Shown in pieces: positions 25,373-38,701 of a DNA stretch of 64,000 bases. The stretch spans positions 45,818,001 to 45,882,000 of the forward strand of contig NC_043009.1 of NCBI RefSeq assembly GCF_006345805.1, read 5' to 3'. Source of the DNA: Octopus sinensis (lineage: Eukaryota). Within the stretch, counting starts at the first letter, position 1. Each line of letters begins with the position of its first letter. The position numbers were made by a program, and so were the translations under genes. Under the pieces are notes generated by a model that saw only the letters and a program-made list of their open reading frames with translations, searched no databases and had not been told where the DNA came from.

Positions 25373-27016
25373 ATATGTGTGTGTGAGTGTCTGTATTTAC
25401 GTTTGTACATCCCCGTAACCTAGCGGTTCGAAGAATTTTGGTACCAAAATTAAACGACCCAAAACGCTTTATCAAACATACATTTTATATTATCTGCTAA
25501 TTAGAATCGAGGTCCGTGTTGTTTTCTGTATTTTCAAGCCAGTTGCATTTATTAATCCTTTCTTTACACAATTCTGCTGTCACCCGTCTCAAACTTCAGA
25601 GTGGACACGAAGAGAAGCGTCAGTGCTCCTGATTTTTTAATATATTTATACGGTTTTCTATTGAAATAAATTTATTTACTGTAAGTTTCCTACTGAAGCA
25701 CATGAGGTTAAAATATTCTTCAACTTAATTTTTGTTGAAAATAAGAAAGAAATAGGAAAACTTGTTTCTTATAGGACTAAATATATCTGAGTAATATGAT
25801 AAGTTGCCCAGAATGTGTCAGCGCAGTGCTGCTGTTTTCATTAAAAAAAACTTTCAACCACTATTGTTGTGTAAGCATGAAAAGAAGAGAAATATTTGAC
25901 ATTGAAAAATCAACACTTGCTAATGAGAATATAGATCGTAATGATTACGGTCTGATAAAGTCAGATAAGTTTAGACAGCACTGCAAATTTCGTTTGGCAA
26001 TGTTCCCAAAAAGAATACAATTAATGAAGCGCCAATGCGTCAGTTTCCGAAAGAAATTCTTAAAGAAAATGTAGTGCTAAGTGATAGATGGTGTAACAGA
26101 TGGAAATACTTAAAGAATATTGTAAACAAATGCGTAGATAGCTAGGAATTGTGTTGATATATCATCAGCTGAAGTATATATTACGACAGAATGACTGAAA
26201 ATTATAGATGATTATTCACTTGGGAATATTTTTGCCGTAGAGAGAACAGGTCATTAATTTTGTACAATGCCTGATATTACTTTAATCTTTAAAAGAGTAA
26301 GTCGCAATTTTTTGTTCCGCTAATATGAAATGAAAAGACCCAGGGCTTTTGATCGTTGCTAACAGTAAATATTCCCGCTGTTTTAAAGAAAGTTTACCCG
26401 CTCAATACTATTATATTGCTTTTACAGGGATTACGACCGTTAGTTTTAACAAATGTTTATTTGAGATTTCAAAATAAAGGAAGATATAGCCTAATTGACT
26501 TTATGGTGCAGAGAAATAAGCTTTGATTAAAGAACATGTAGCAAATTGCATTACCCTCGAACAAAACATCGTCAATCGAAACATATGACCAAAGCATCGG
26601 AAAGTAAGTTGAACGAAAACGTTATCCGAAGTCGATATTTAGAGCCACAATGTTGCAATTATAATTGCGAAATAAATTTTCTTTTTTGATGCATTGCATA
26701 CAGCAATGTCACGGAAACAAGGCTATTGAAATTTTTCTTTTTAAAGATATTGGTTTTTTTAAAGCAATCAACGAAACTCCTGTTAACAGTGAATTAGTCG
26801 TTTTACAGACGAAGCATTTGATAATACTCCAAAACTGAGATTTAGTTGCCTATTGATAAGAATGTTGAGGTAGAAGCTGGGAGGATTGTATCGAATTTAT
26901 GTTTAATTTGTAGTCATGTTGGAAAAAATATACCAACCAACTATTATTTTACTTTTTGCTAAATTCGCTCACAAGATATTGGTCAACCAGGAGAGTTAGT
27001 AGAAGACACGTGCATA

Positions 27017-27093
<77 letters not shown>

Positions 27094-27882
27094 TGAGAGG
27101 GAAACAGGAAGATGGTGAGAGGTGAGAAAGCATAATGAGAAAGAGAGCACGAAAAAATGAAAAGTATGAAAAGATTTTAAAGACGTGAGAGAGTTCCGAA
27201 ATGATCAGTCTGTTAACATACTGACAGAAACCAATAGAGATTGGAAAATGAATATAAATGTGTTGCATATATATATATATATATATGTTTGTATGTATGT
27301 ATGTATGTATGTATGTATGTATGTATGTATGTATGTATGTGTGTGTGTGTGTGTATAGAATTACACCGGCATGTTAAATGCCACACAACAAAAATTCTCG
27401 ATTAATTAAAATTATGTCTGCCTTTAGAGCTTGTAACGTAATTCCCAAGTGACCATCAGCACTTGAGAAGGGGAGATTTTCGCAAACATTAGGTAAACAA
27501 CATAATATATATATATATAAAATATATATATATATAAAATGTTGCCTATGACTACTTTAACGTGGATGTCCTCTTAGAGATATTTTCCTCGGGTTAAATA
27601 GCAGTATCATCATCAAGTTTCTGACTCAATAGCTCAAAAACGTTTCTAGAAACCGAAGGACTTAGACTTATAAAAAACAGAGTAGAAAAAGGGTATGATG
27701 AACGTAATTTGCATAATTTAAACAAAGATGAGCTAAACTTGAAGTGACCAGTAGCATATATTTGAATAACAGGAATAACACACTCTAAAGACGGAGATAA
27801 TTTTAATTAATCGAGAACTTTTATTGTGTGACATTTAACATACAAGTAATTCTGTTTGTGTGTGTGTGTGTGTGCATATATG

Positions 27883-27955
<73 letters not shown>

Positions 27956-27989
27956 GATACATTTATATATACATACATACATACATACT

Positions 27990-28041
<52 letters not shown>

Positions 28042-28062
28042 TGTATGTATATATTTCTGTTA

Positions 28063-28180
28063 AGTAAGAAGTTTGCTTCCCGACTGTATGGATCTTTGTT
28101 CAGTCCCACTGCATGCCACGTTGGGCACGCGTCTTCTACTATACCTTTGGTCCAACTAAGGCCTTGCCTTTTGCCATTCC
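28063..28180 (+). mobile_element. SINE family 2, 5' fragment
   Basis: gtaagaagtttgcttcc...ttcagtcccactgcatg...gtcttctactata. Confidence 0.65.
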
Positions 28181-28184
28181 AGTG

Positions 28185-29805
28185 ATGTGGAGGGAGCCGT
28201 TTTAATGTCTATTATTTTTGAAGAATAAATACAAAATTGCGTATCATAATTTGGATTTTGCAATGAGACTGTTCTTCATAATAGATGTCTACCATTTCCA
28301 GTTCCAGCAGATGATGGTATTGAAGCATTAGATAATGATGCTGAGTGTCACGATAGTGCTGCTGAGGAAGATCACGTGGCTGATGGTGATAGCTTTGAAC
28401 CTCAGAAATCTTCCCAAGCTGAACTGAATGACCTTGTCAGAGACATGACCTTCTCAAAAGAGAAACAGAACTGTTGGCATCAAGGCTGGAGAAGTATCTG
28501 CTAGAGCACGGTTTTAGTATAACTTATTTTCGACAGCAATGTGTGGTTCTACAAATTTGGCTTTCTGTTGAAGGCCTGCTTCGCTTTTGCATTAACATCG
28601 ATGGACTCTTCGAATGTTTATCACACAGTCATAATCCTGCAGAGTGCTGTTTGTTTATTGACTCTTCAAAGAACAACGTTTAAAAGCTGTACTTCTCCAT
28701 AATTGAAGCCCTGCATTCCTATTGCACACTCCATTCATCTTCATGAATCATATGAGGATATGGAACGTGTACTTCATGCCATTGCCTAAGAAAGATACTC
28801 ATAGAAAATATGTGGAGATTAAAAGTCATTGCAATGTTAATGGGAAAGCAGTCAGGTTTCACAAAATACTGTTGTTTTTTTGTGTCTATGAGGTAGTCGG
28901 GCAACTGACTGACAATACTCGGAATCAAACTGGCAAACAATAACATCATACCAGACAGGACTGTCTAGCGTCAAGAATACACTTCTTATAGATCCATGTA
29001 ATGTCCTACTGCCTCGTTTGCACATAACGCTTGGACTGATGCAACACTTTGTAAAGACACTTGGGAAGAGAAACGTGAGTTTCTCAAAATCACACAGGCA
29101 ATGTCTTTGTCGGATCCCAAAATTGGAGAAGTACTCAAAGATGTCAACTTCAAGACAACACTGGATGAACTGGAACTGCCTGCCTAGAATGCTTTCAATT
29201 GGATCTGTGAGAATTTATTGAGCAACAAGGATGGCATCAAGAATCTTCTGAAATGTTTCTCAGCAATGGATTATCGCATGTCACTGAAAATCTACTTCTT
29301 GGACTCCCAACTGGATTTCTTCGCAGATAACCTTGGAGCAGTGTCTGATAAAAACTGTGAAAGATTTCACCAGGACATTAGTGCTATGGCGAAACGGTAA
29401 CACTGCTTCTGGAATGACAGTTTGCTCGCTGACTACTGCTGGACGCTTCACCATGATCAACCAGATCACGAACATCGCAGGAAATCCAAATTACAATGTT
29501 TCTAACTCTATTGTTCTAACGTTGTCTGTTTTGTCTGACACATTTTTTGTGCATTCACTCTTTGTAAAATAATAGTGATGATTTTTAACTCAATAAACTA
29601 ATTTACTTTCGAAAAATATGTCTTTATTGATTGCATTAATAATTTCATATACACAAATATGTAAATATTTGCATGTATCTACTGAAAAACCTGATATGTG
29701 CTGCATACAAATGGAGTGAAATTTTGAAATCAGCATTAAAAATTGGTCTAAAAAAGTTGGTTTTCAATCATAATGAGTATAGTACATTTAAGTTTGTTGA
29801 CCAGT
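28185..29805 (+). mobile_element. Degenerate DNA transposon, probably Chapaev3/CMC type, 5'-truncated
   Basis: Peptides ELNDLVRD, LFIDSSK.SLKAVLLHN, HITLGLMQHFVKTL, NLGAVSDKNCERFHQDI, LADYCWTL; terminal TTTGTTGACCAGT. Superfamily assignment is from memory of the motif. Confidence 0.6.
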
Positions 29806-31225
29806 TTTATTATTATCAGGGAAATTCCCTTTGATCGACTCTTAGAACAAAAGACGAGGCCTCCTTCGACAAATCCACAGTTACAGCTAGTGGTGCATTA
29901 GCAACAACAGCTTCAAATGATTGGTGTTGTTATTGCTTTATTTTTTCCGTTTCGGTTTACCAACACACTGGTCAAATGAAATCTAACTTCTTTCTGTTGC
30001 TCAATTCTTTTTACTAAATACCTTTCCGTTCTCATCTTCATTCTGTCTTTAGTATTACCCATATGCTAAAATATTTATGATATATTAGACGGTTACTTAG
30101 ACTATTTACGATATTAATAGCGCTTACCTATTAGACTTTTGTAGGAAAGCTAATGACACGAGAAGTGGCTGATGTGTTTTCCCACGTAGGCGTAAGGAAT
30201 TTTGCTTTGCGTAATCTCTTCATCACCTTTTAGGTAATGGTAAAAGTCCCACAATCTCATACTTCTGCTCTATAAAGGATTTTAATGAATCAGGAAAAAA
30301 GAAAAACATTGTTCAACTCATTTGCTGGAGCATTGCCATAGATTTAATATACGTGGGAGACAGAATTGTTGTAATATCAAAGAATTTCGGCATTTATAAG
30401 TGTGCAACTGTTTGATGGGATATCTCAAACTAGTTCAATTCTTGGAGATACCCCGTCAGTTCACTTACATTGCTATCAATTTTTGAGAGTAGCGTAGATG
30501 CCAAATAATGATTTTTGTGGCATCTAAGTCATTCTGGATAAGAAAAAAATAAGTTTGCGACGTAAGTGGAACTGCCAATAATATTGTTCTGTTTCTTTAC
30601 AAATATAAAACCTCCTGTTTTTGAAATGAGTCATTATTGGTGCTCTAGAGTGTAAAAATAAAATATACTAGCTTACTTAAAACATAGTAGTATTCCTTTA
30701 ATATACTCAGATTTTTTTACATTACATCATCTATCAGTCAATAACAGAAATAAAACGAGCAAGCAGGTCTTCTGTTACCACACACATACGTAAAAAAACG
30801 CACTATCGAATATGTAAGTAGACCGTTTGGAATTCTTGAAATCAATTCCTAATCATGGAAGTTATAAATTCTCTTGGATTCTTTTGTCAGCGTCTACGTC
30901 AGCTTTGATTATGTAAAGAAAACAAGAAATCAATATTTAAGGATGTTCTTCATCGATACCTTGAAGTTGAATAGTTTCTATTTCATCTCTGTCGGATGAA
31001 TGCCAAATCGAATATCGTTCGATATCCATGATTTAAGTCTTACCCAGAGAAATTGTTCAAGTGCTTTCAACTTGGATATTAGTTCCTAAGTTCTCTTTAC
31101 ATTTTCTTTAGCTTTTAATGAAATATTTAGTATGACTTCATCCTTTAGCTGTTGCTGTAGGCTGGCGGACTAGAGGAAAGTGAAGCAGTCTCTCTCTCTG
31201 TCTTTCTCTGCTATATACATATATC

Positions 31226-31286
<61 letters not shown>

Positions 31287-31636
31287 CATACATACATATA
31301 TATACACATATATATACACATGTACTCACACACATATACATGTACATATATGTATGTATGTATGTATGTATATACACATAAACATAAGCATGGAGAGTGG
31401 GTGGGACAGAGAGATGAGTAATAAAGACAGAGGAAAATATCAGTAGATTTGTGCTTAATGCTCTATGCGAGTAAATAGTCCCATCTTTAGTGCTTAGAAT
31501 GAATCAAGTGATTTCAAATATTATCTTGGTCAAATCAAAGAGACATGGTTATTTTGATTGTGGAAGCGGTACTAACGTAGATGGTTATATAATGGCTGTG
31601 AAAACGGCGGCTATGATCTCTCTGATGGTAGTAATG

Positions 31637-31697
31637 ACCATAACCAAAAACAATGTGTAAATGTATAAACTATATATATATATAAGACACACATGCG

Positions 31698-31734
<37 letters not shown>

Positions 31735-31833
31735 CACACATACAAACATATACGTACAAATATTTATGACCATAACCAAAAACAATGTGTAAATGTATAA
31801 ACTATATATATATATATATAAGACACACATGCG

Positions 31834-31845
<12 letters not shown>
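31637..31845. repeat. Tandem duplication of a ~65-bp unit with (TA)n
   Basis: gaccataaccaaaaacaatgtgtaaatgtataaac...aagacacacatgcgtaa occurs twice. Confidence 0.85.
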
Positions 31846-31874
<29 letters not shown>

Positions 31875-32535
31875 GACACATACAAAGATATACATACAAA
31901 TATTTAGCCTGTTAGGTATGTATACGTATATAAATCTGTGTGTCTTTGCCTGTGTATCTATACTTGTCTATAGGTATATTTATATTTTATTCGTATATAT
32001 CTGTATGTGTACATATACATTCTCACTACTAGATCTATTTAATCTTTCTCAGCCTGTTGGTATCCCAATCAGTATATACATTTTCGAATTAATCTTATTC
32101 CATTTATGGAAGAAGCCCCTGTTTATCATCCCTTATAGATATGCTTTCTCATTTCTACCGTCTTTCGTGTGTATTTTCATAAATATTATTGCTCTCCCAA
32201 ATAAATTTTCGAAACTGCGATCAAGCTATCAACTCTGAGTCCACTGGTTCTGAAAGCGGAAACAGCTATAAGCTAATGAAGGTCACAACAAAATCTTTTG
32301 TATCTTTGTCAACTCTGTTTCCTATTGCGGCTCTGTACACGATTAACAATTATCCAGAAGCATTCGTGTATTGAGTTCTACGCCAGGTTATAAGTATGGC
32401 AATTCCTCTCAATCTGCGTTCTTGTTGGGATTTTATCCATAAATTTGTGGTTATAGAACTTAGCTGCTCTTTCTAGCGTGTTGAATCCCGCGAGTGGATT
32501 CCTTATGAGTTTAAATGTACACTGTATTTTTTGAG

Positions 32536-32581
<46 letters not shown>

Positions 32582-32766
32582 TCCTCTCTTTAGACATTCA
32601 CTTCATACATATCAGCTCAATTTGATTCGTTCTCAGTCGAAAGACTCCTGTTGTTATTTCTTGTTTGTATTCGCAATTGTGTACTATGTTCTCCGTTTTC
32701 TGTCTTTGTTACAATGGGGTTTAATGCTCTTAGCTTAGACTTTTGGGCGGGGGGCAACCATATCGA

Positions 32767-32828
32767 ACCATCTCAAGTGTAACTGTCCGAAATAGTCGTG
32801 ACGTCTGGCACTTGACTGATGAAACAAG
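32767..32828 (+). ncRNA. Non-circularly permuted hammerhead-like motif, copy B3
   Basis: ACCAT-C-TCAAGTG-taactgtcc-GAAATAGT-...-CACTTGA-CTGATGA. Stem I is 7 bp, stem III has one mismatch, stem II is weak. Confidence 0.6.
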
Positions 32829-33528
32829 GCCACGAATGACCTGTTTTTTGCCTTTACTTCTAATTGTTGTTTTTCTTGTGCACCTTTGCATCAGCTATCT
32901 GTCTGAATTTTTTTATAGTCCTCTGTTGCGTTTTTGTTCCATTTTTATATTTATATATATATATAGCGACGTGCGTACACATTTGTGCTCACCTTACAGT
33001 AGGTACGTGTCTAAATTCTGTACGACTATTACTCTGTCTTTTAGTCCCCTCTCACTTTCTTCCCTTTTTCTTTTTCTCGCTCCCCCTCTTTCTCTCACAT
33101 TTCTTGGCCTTCTCTTTCTCTAGCTCCCACTATTTCCCACTCGTTTATATCCACTATACCTTTCCTTTTTTGTCTGATTTTTTTTTCTAATCCTTCTATC
33201 CCGCTGCTCCCTACCCATCTCTCCTCCTTCCGGCCAGCCATGATCTGTGTCCAGCCAGCCATGATCTTTCTTTCATCGCTTGACCGCTGACCATCAACAC
33301 CTCTTATGTCCATCACCTATGTTCCTGCCTTTAGGCATTCACTTCATACACGCCAGCTCAATTTGATTCGTTCTCAGTCGAAAGACATCTGTTGTTATTG
33401 TTGTTTCTATTCCTAATTGCGTACCGTGTTCTCCGTTTTTTGTCATTGTTGTCATAAAGATTCGCTAGCTTTATTACACAGAAGTCTAATGCTCTTAGCT
33501 TAGACTTTTTGGGGAGCAGCCAGATCGA

Positions 33529-33590
33529 ACCATTTCAAGTGTAACTGCCCGAAATGGTCGTGACGTCTGGCACTTGACTGGGGAAAGAAG
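33529..33590 (+). ncRNA. Decayed permuted hammerhead-like motif, copy B4 (core mutated to CTGGGGA)
   Basis: Perfect stem III ACCAT/ATGGT and stem I TCAAGTG/CACTTGA, but the catalytic core is broken. Confidence 0.5.
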
Positions 33591-35290
33591 GCCACGGATG
33601 ACCCGTCGTTTTTGCCTGTCCTTCTAATTGTTGTTTCTGTAATCCGCCTTTATATTGCCTATCTGCCCGAATGTTTTTATTGTCCTCTACTGCGTTTTTT
33701 CCATTATTTAATTACTCCTTTTAAATTCTAGAAAGAGAGAGAGAAAGAGAAATGAGAAGAATTTTACTTTCTTCTCGGTGTTTCTAGAATTTAAAAGGAG
33801 TAATTAGATAATTAATATGAACATATTTGAAAAAAGTATTTTCTCGCAATGTTTTTTCTTGGGTGAGAGAAAATCGAGAACAGTAAAAGTTATATATTTG
33901 TAAGAGAAAGAATTTAATGAAAAAGAAAATGTATACACGATTACCTTGTGACAATTAATATATAATTATATTTAATGAAGTTGTACACAAGATTTGCACC
34001 GTATAGCCTTCTATTGGAGCTTTTGGGAATTACGTAATTATGAAGGAGACATGAAGGTACGTCGTAGGAAGAAGGACGTCAGGAATATAAATAGAAATCA
34101 TTAATTATACAGAGTATTGTGATGTGAGAGATTTTGATGATTTTGTTCAGTACTTCAGCGCATGAAATAGTTGAAGTTTTTGTCGATATTTATCTGCACG
34201 TTAATTCAGGTTGAGTATACCTAACTTGGAAGTTATGTCAAACAAAATATTCGTATTTTTGTTATGAGTATCTAACACTACATTATCTCAGGCATCCTTC
34301 CTTGCTCAAAAATGTAGAGAGATTATTTGGTAGTTAATTTTGCAAATACAGTGACCACATAACAACGCCAGTGTAGCCACAAAACTATTTCAGATATTTA
34401 CACTAGTTTACGTTTAAAATATTTAGATAATGTAATTCTTCTAAAAGAAATTTATTTTACAACTTATGTTTCGCATATTAAGGATATGAAGTTTAGAATT
34501 GAGACTGGTGTATAACACGAGGAATTTCATACAATCCATCATGTTAAAAGTGGAGGAAAGCGTATCATTATGCTATCGTGTAAATAAGAATACTACTGAG
34601 AATTTTAGGTATAAAAAGTAAGAGGTTGGCAATGTATTTGAGATCGTTGTTACACGAAGAAATATATTTTGCCATAAAATATATATTTATTTGTGCGAAA
34701 TATTCTATCGTTATTGTTATATAAAAAAAAGTGTCGTATATATAAAAAGATAAGTAATTTCTTTTTCGAGGTTTCAGGGGCAGCTGTGACATAGCGCGGT
34801 GCAGGACCATCCTTTGTGGAGGTCCATTTGAACCCCTCTTCTTCAAAAACATAACCTTGGCTACAGCAAAGGCGTTGATATAAAATGGCCGTTCTTTGAG
34901 GTCCGCACACCTTGCACACTCCATGTTACCTCACATTCTCTCAAGAAGAAACTAGGGAAATTATATGCATTATAGTCCCTGTTACTGTTGTTATTCTTTC
35001 TCTTCAATTTACCATTGACAGAATTATGACTGAGTAGACCTCTAACTTATTTATATGTGAATCAAACTCTACACTATGTAATAATTTTTTTTTTATTTTT
35101 TAAGACAGCAAAAACGACACTTCAAGGAGAATTGGTTGCTATTTCTAAATGTTCAGCAATCTCGTAACGGTACTCTCTTTACAAAGTGTCAAGAGGTAAT
35201 GTAAAAATTGGTGATGATCAGTTTATAAATATACCTAAATATTTCATTGGTTGATTAGATTTATTATCTCACATGAAAAACATGCTAGAT

Positions 35291-36000
35291 ATACTCTTTT
35301 ATTCTTTTATTTGTTTTGGACATTTGAATGGAGCACCGCCTTAACCCTTTCATTGCCAACCCAGCTGAAACCGGCTCTGGCTCTCAATACAAAAGTCTTG
35401 TTTTCATAAGTTTTGAATTAAAATCTTCCACCAAACCTTAGTCACAATTTATGTTCCTAACACTAGCTGAATGATATCTAAGTTACTTTACTAAATTCTC
35501 TGTTATATTTAAAGTAATTGAAAGAAGCACAGATCATCTCAAAATAAATACGGTAACGAAAGGGAAGACTTCAGTCGAAGAAATTAATCCCAGGATTTAT
35601 TTTTTAAGACTATTACTTATTCGCTTGGCTTTCTTTTGCCGAACCGCTAAATTTCGGGGACGTAGACACATCAACACCGGTTGTCAAACGGTGATGCGGG
35701 ACAAACAGAGACACAAAGACACACGCACAGACACTCACTCACACACAAACACACACACGCACAGACACTCACTCACACACAAACACACACACGCACAGAC
35801 ACTCACTCATACACAAACACACACACACACATACGACGTACTTCTTTCAGTTTCCGTCTACCAAATCCACTCACAAGGCCTTGGTCGGCAAGAAGCTATA
35901 ATGGCAGACACTTGTTCAAGGTGGCATGCAGTGGGGCTGAACCCGGAACCTTGTGGTTCGGAATCAAGCTTCTGACGAGATAACCGCGCCTGCACTCGCA
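35291..36000 (-). mobile_element. SINE family 2 copy interrupted by the 35345-35564 MITE
   Basis: Reverse complement of the family-2 head (35900-36000) and tail (35291-35344). Confidence 0.75.
35345..35564. mobile_element. piggyBac-like MITE inserted in a SINE
   Basis: TTAA|CCCTTTCATTGCC ... GGTAACGAAAGGG (13-bp TIR, 2 mismatches); right-hand TTAA not preserved. Confidence 0.6.
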
Positions 36001-36383
36001 GATAGAAACGTCTAAAAATTGTTGTGGTAGTGGCTGTTGTTTATCCCTGTGGCTGTCTTGATCAAGTGGACCTATCCTCAAAGACATTCCAGCCAACCGC
36101 TACAGCCTGAATATCCCTTTCATAGAGGCATCTTCGTTAGTTCCAATATTATAATTAGTTGGGAAGCAGTGTGCATCTTGTTAGTTATATGATTTTCGTT
36201 GTTGTGATGGTGGTGCTAGGAAAATGTATTGCGTGTCTTGTTGCTTAGTTCCTCTTGTATTTGAAATGTTTTATTCGAAATAATTATCATAGGGATAGTC
36301 TTCGGAAAAGGATGTTATATATATGCATGCATACATACGTACGTGTATATATATATATATATATATATTTATTATGTAGAAGG

Positions 36384-36434
36384 AGCTTCTACAGGACTAG
36401 AACTGTTTCATTCAAGAGAAATCTTCAGGAAGCT
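36384..36434 (-). ncRNA. Type I hammerhead motif, left end of the foldback element
   Basis: Reverse complement of the 9538-9588 motif with all core and stem positions intact. Confidence 0.78.
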
Positions 36435-36967
36435 AGTTAACAAGAATTGTATTGGCATTTATACATTTAGGCAGGTTTAAAGGGGTGGTGGTGGGGGACT
36501 TTTGGGGGGAAGGCATAGCGCAAAATATCATACTTGGGGGAGTAGTCAAGGAGTCAGTGGTAAATTAGATAAAAGAATAAATAAAAAAATAAAAAAAAAT
36601 ATATAAAAAAGAATAGAGTTTTAGGTAAATAAGGAGATTCTCACTTATACCTATACACATATGTATACATATATACACATACACACATATATATACATAC
36701 ACACATACATACACACACACACACATATACATATATATACACATACACATACATATACATATCTACACATACACATATATATATATACATACACTCACTC
36801 ACAAGCATACACGTATACACACATGTATATATACACACACAACCACACATACATATACACACAGAAAAATATATATACATACACACATACACACATGCAC
36901 ACACAGCACACTAGTCCCTATATACACATATATACACATACACACATATATATACATACACATACAT

Positions 36968-37025
<58 letters not shown>

Positions 37026-37436
37026 GTGTACCTATACATACCTACACATACACACATATATATACATACAAATACAGACCCATTCCCTAATTTTAATTTT
37101 ATTATTTTTATTATCTTCATTTATTACTTTTGTTATCTTTGACCGCTGGTCCCAAGGATCTTGGCTATGACAGCAAGTCCATTTATCTGTCTACTTGAAA
37201 ACAAGCACTCATTTACGCACGCACACTCATTAGCACGTACACTCACTCATTCGTACACTCATACACATACACGCACGCACGCGTTATATTCATACATACA
37301 TACATCTACATACATTCACGTGTATACACATACGTACGCGTACCTACAGATTCATGTCTACACTCTTAGAAGGCTAGTCTATACATATACACCAATAAAT
37401 ATATATATACACACATACATATACACCTACATACAA

Positions 37437-37484
<48 letters not shown>

Positions 37485-37582
37485 CTATAGGTAAACAGTA
37501 AAAATAATTACAGACATGGACGAGAGAACATGAAACACCACAGAGACGACACAAGAACCACAGGACGGGACATTCGAAGCCC

Positions 37583-37644
37583 TCAGTCATCAGTCAAGAA
37601 CCAGATCATCTTAGCAATTTCGGCTGATTAATCTTGAGATTGCT
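37583..37644 (-). ncRNA. Non-circularly permuted hammerhead-like motif, copy B1
   Basis: Minus strand reads AGCAAT-C-TCAAGA-ttaa-TCAG-CC-GAAATTGCT-(13 nt)-TCTTGA-CTGATGA-CTGA. Confidence 0.68.
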
Positions 37645-38364
37645 CCGATATGGCCAGCCCGCCAAGGGAAATCTAAGCCAAGCGCATTAGATCCCCTGGA
37701 AGAAAGCTTCGATCGAATGTATACAACACGAGGACGGAAAACGAACGAAGTACACGAACAAAAATACAGAATACGTGACACCAATAAGAATACAAAAACG
37801 TAAAAACAATAACGGTAAAAATAAAAAATAAACAACAAAACAAAACCAGGACGTAGGACAAGGGTCTTTCGACAGGACGAGTTGAGTATGGGGCTGGCTT
37901 GTGAAGTTGTGCCTAATGGCCGCAGGGAGACGAACAAATACGTGTTGCTTCTGCGACTGCTGAAACGAAAAGAGCGCTCAACAGCGGCTAGCGATCTTGA
38001 GAACAAAAGACAGGAGAAAGGGACAGATGAAAAGAGAGAGAAGGTGGACGAGGGAGGAGAGAAAGAGACAGATCGAGGGGGCTGGAGTGGAGAGATAGAG
38101 AAACGTAGAAGGGGGGGAGAAGGGGGGAAGACGGATGGAGAGGGAAAGAAAGGAAGGGGAATAAGGGAGGAGAGAGCGAGAGAGAAAGAGACAGATTAGA
38201 GTCGTATGAATGCTAGAGAAAAATATACTTATCGTATAAGGACAATTGTGGATACGTAGCCGCCGATTATATAGGTAAACAGTAAAAATAATTACAGACA
38301 TGGACCAGAACATGAAACACCACAGAGACGACACAAGAACCACAGGACGGGACATTCGAAGCCC

Positions 38365-38426
38365 TCAGTCATCAGTCAAGAACCAGATCATCTTAGCAAT
38401 TTCGGCTGATTAATCTTGAGATTGCT
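38365..38426 (-). ncRNA. Non-circularly permuted hammerhead-like motif, copy B2
   Basis: Identical to B1 at offset 782. Confidence 0.68.
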
Positions 38427-38654
38427 CCGATATGGCCAGCCCGCCAAGGGAAATCTAAGCCAAGCGCATTAGATCCCCTGGAAGAAAGCTTCGAATGTAT
38501 ATACACATATATATACATATATATATATACACAAATACATATACACACATATATATACACACATACACATGTGCATGTATGTGAGTGTAGATACAAATTG
38601 TAGATGTGTATATATATATGTGTGTGTATATATACATGTATATAGGTATATGTA

Positions 38655-38701
<47 letters not shown>

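Larger units (their letters stand above)
32577..33710 (+). mobile_element. Older retrozyme-like element of family B: diverged direct repeats (~32577-32950, ~33318-33710)
   Basis: Repeated block cattcacttcatac...ttctcagtcgaaagac...taatgctcttagcttagac...gacgtctggcacttgactg, homologous to the reverse complement of 37486-37712; CT-rich spacer. Confidence 0.72.
37486..38500 (-). mobile_element. Retrozyme-like element B: ~225-bp direct repeats (37486-37712, 38270-38494), unit ~782 nt, nested at the centre of the foldback element
   Basis: Near-identical direct repeats, each with a permuted hammerhead motif; CT-rich spacer on the ribozyme strand. Confidence 0.75.

Noticed and set aside
25780-27000. 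Possible ancient transposase remnant (ORF 25796-26074 and downstream)
   Set aside because: No diagnostic motif or termini recognised.
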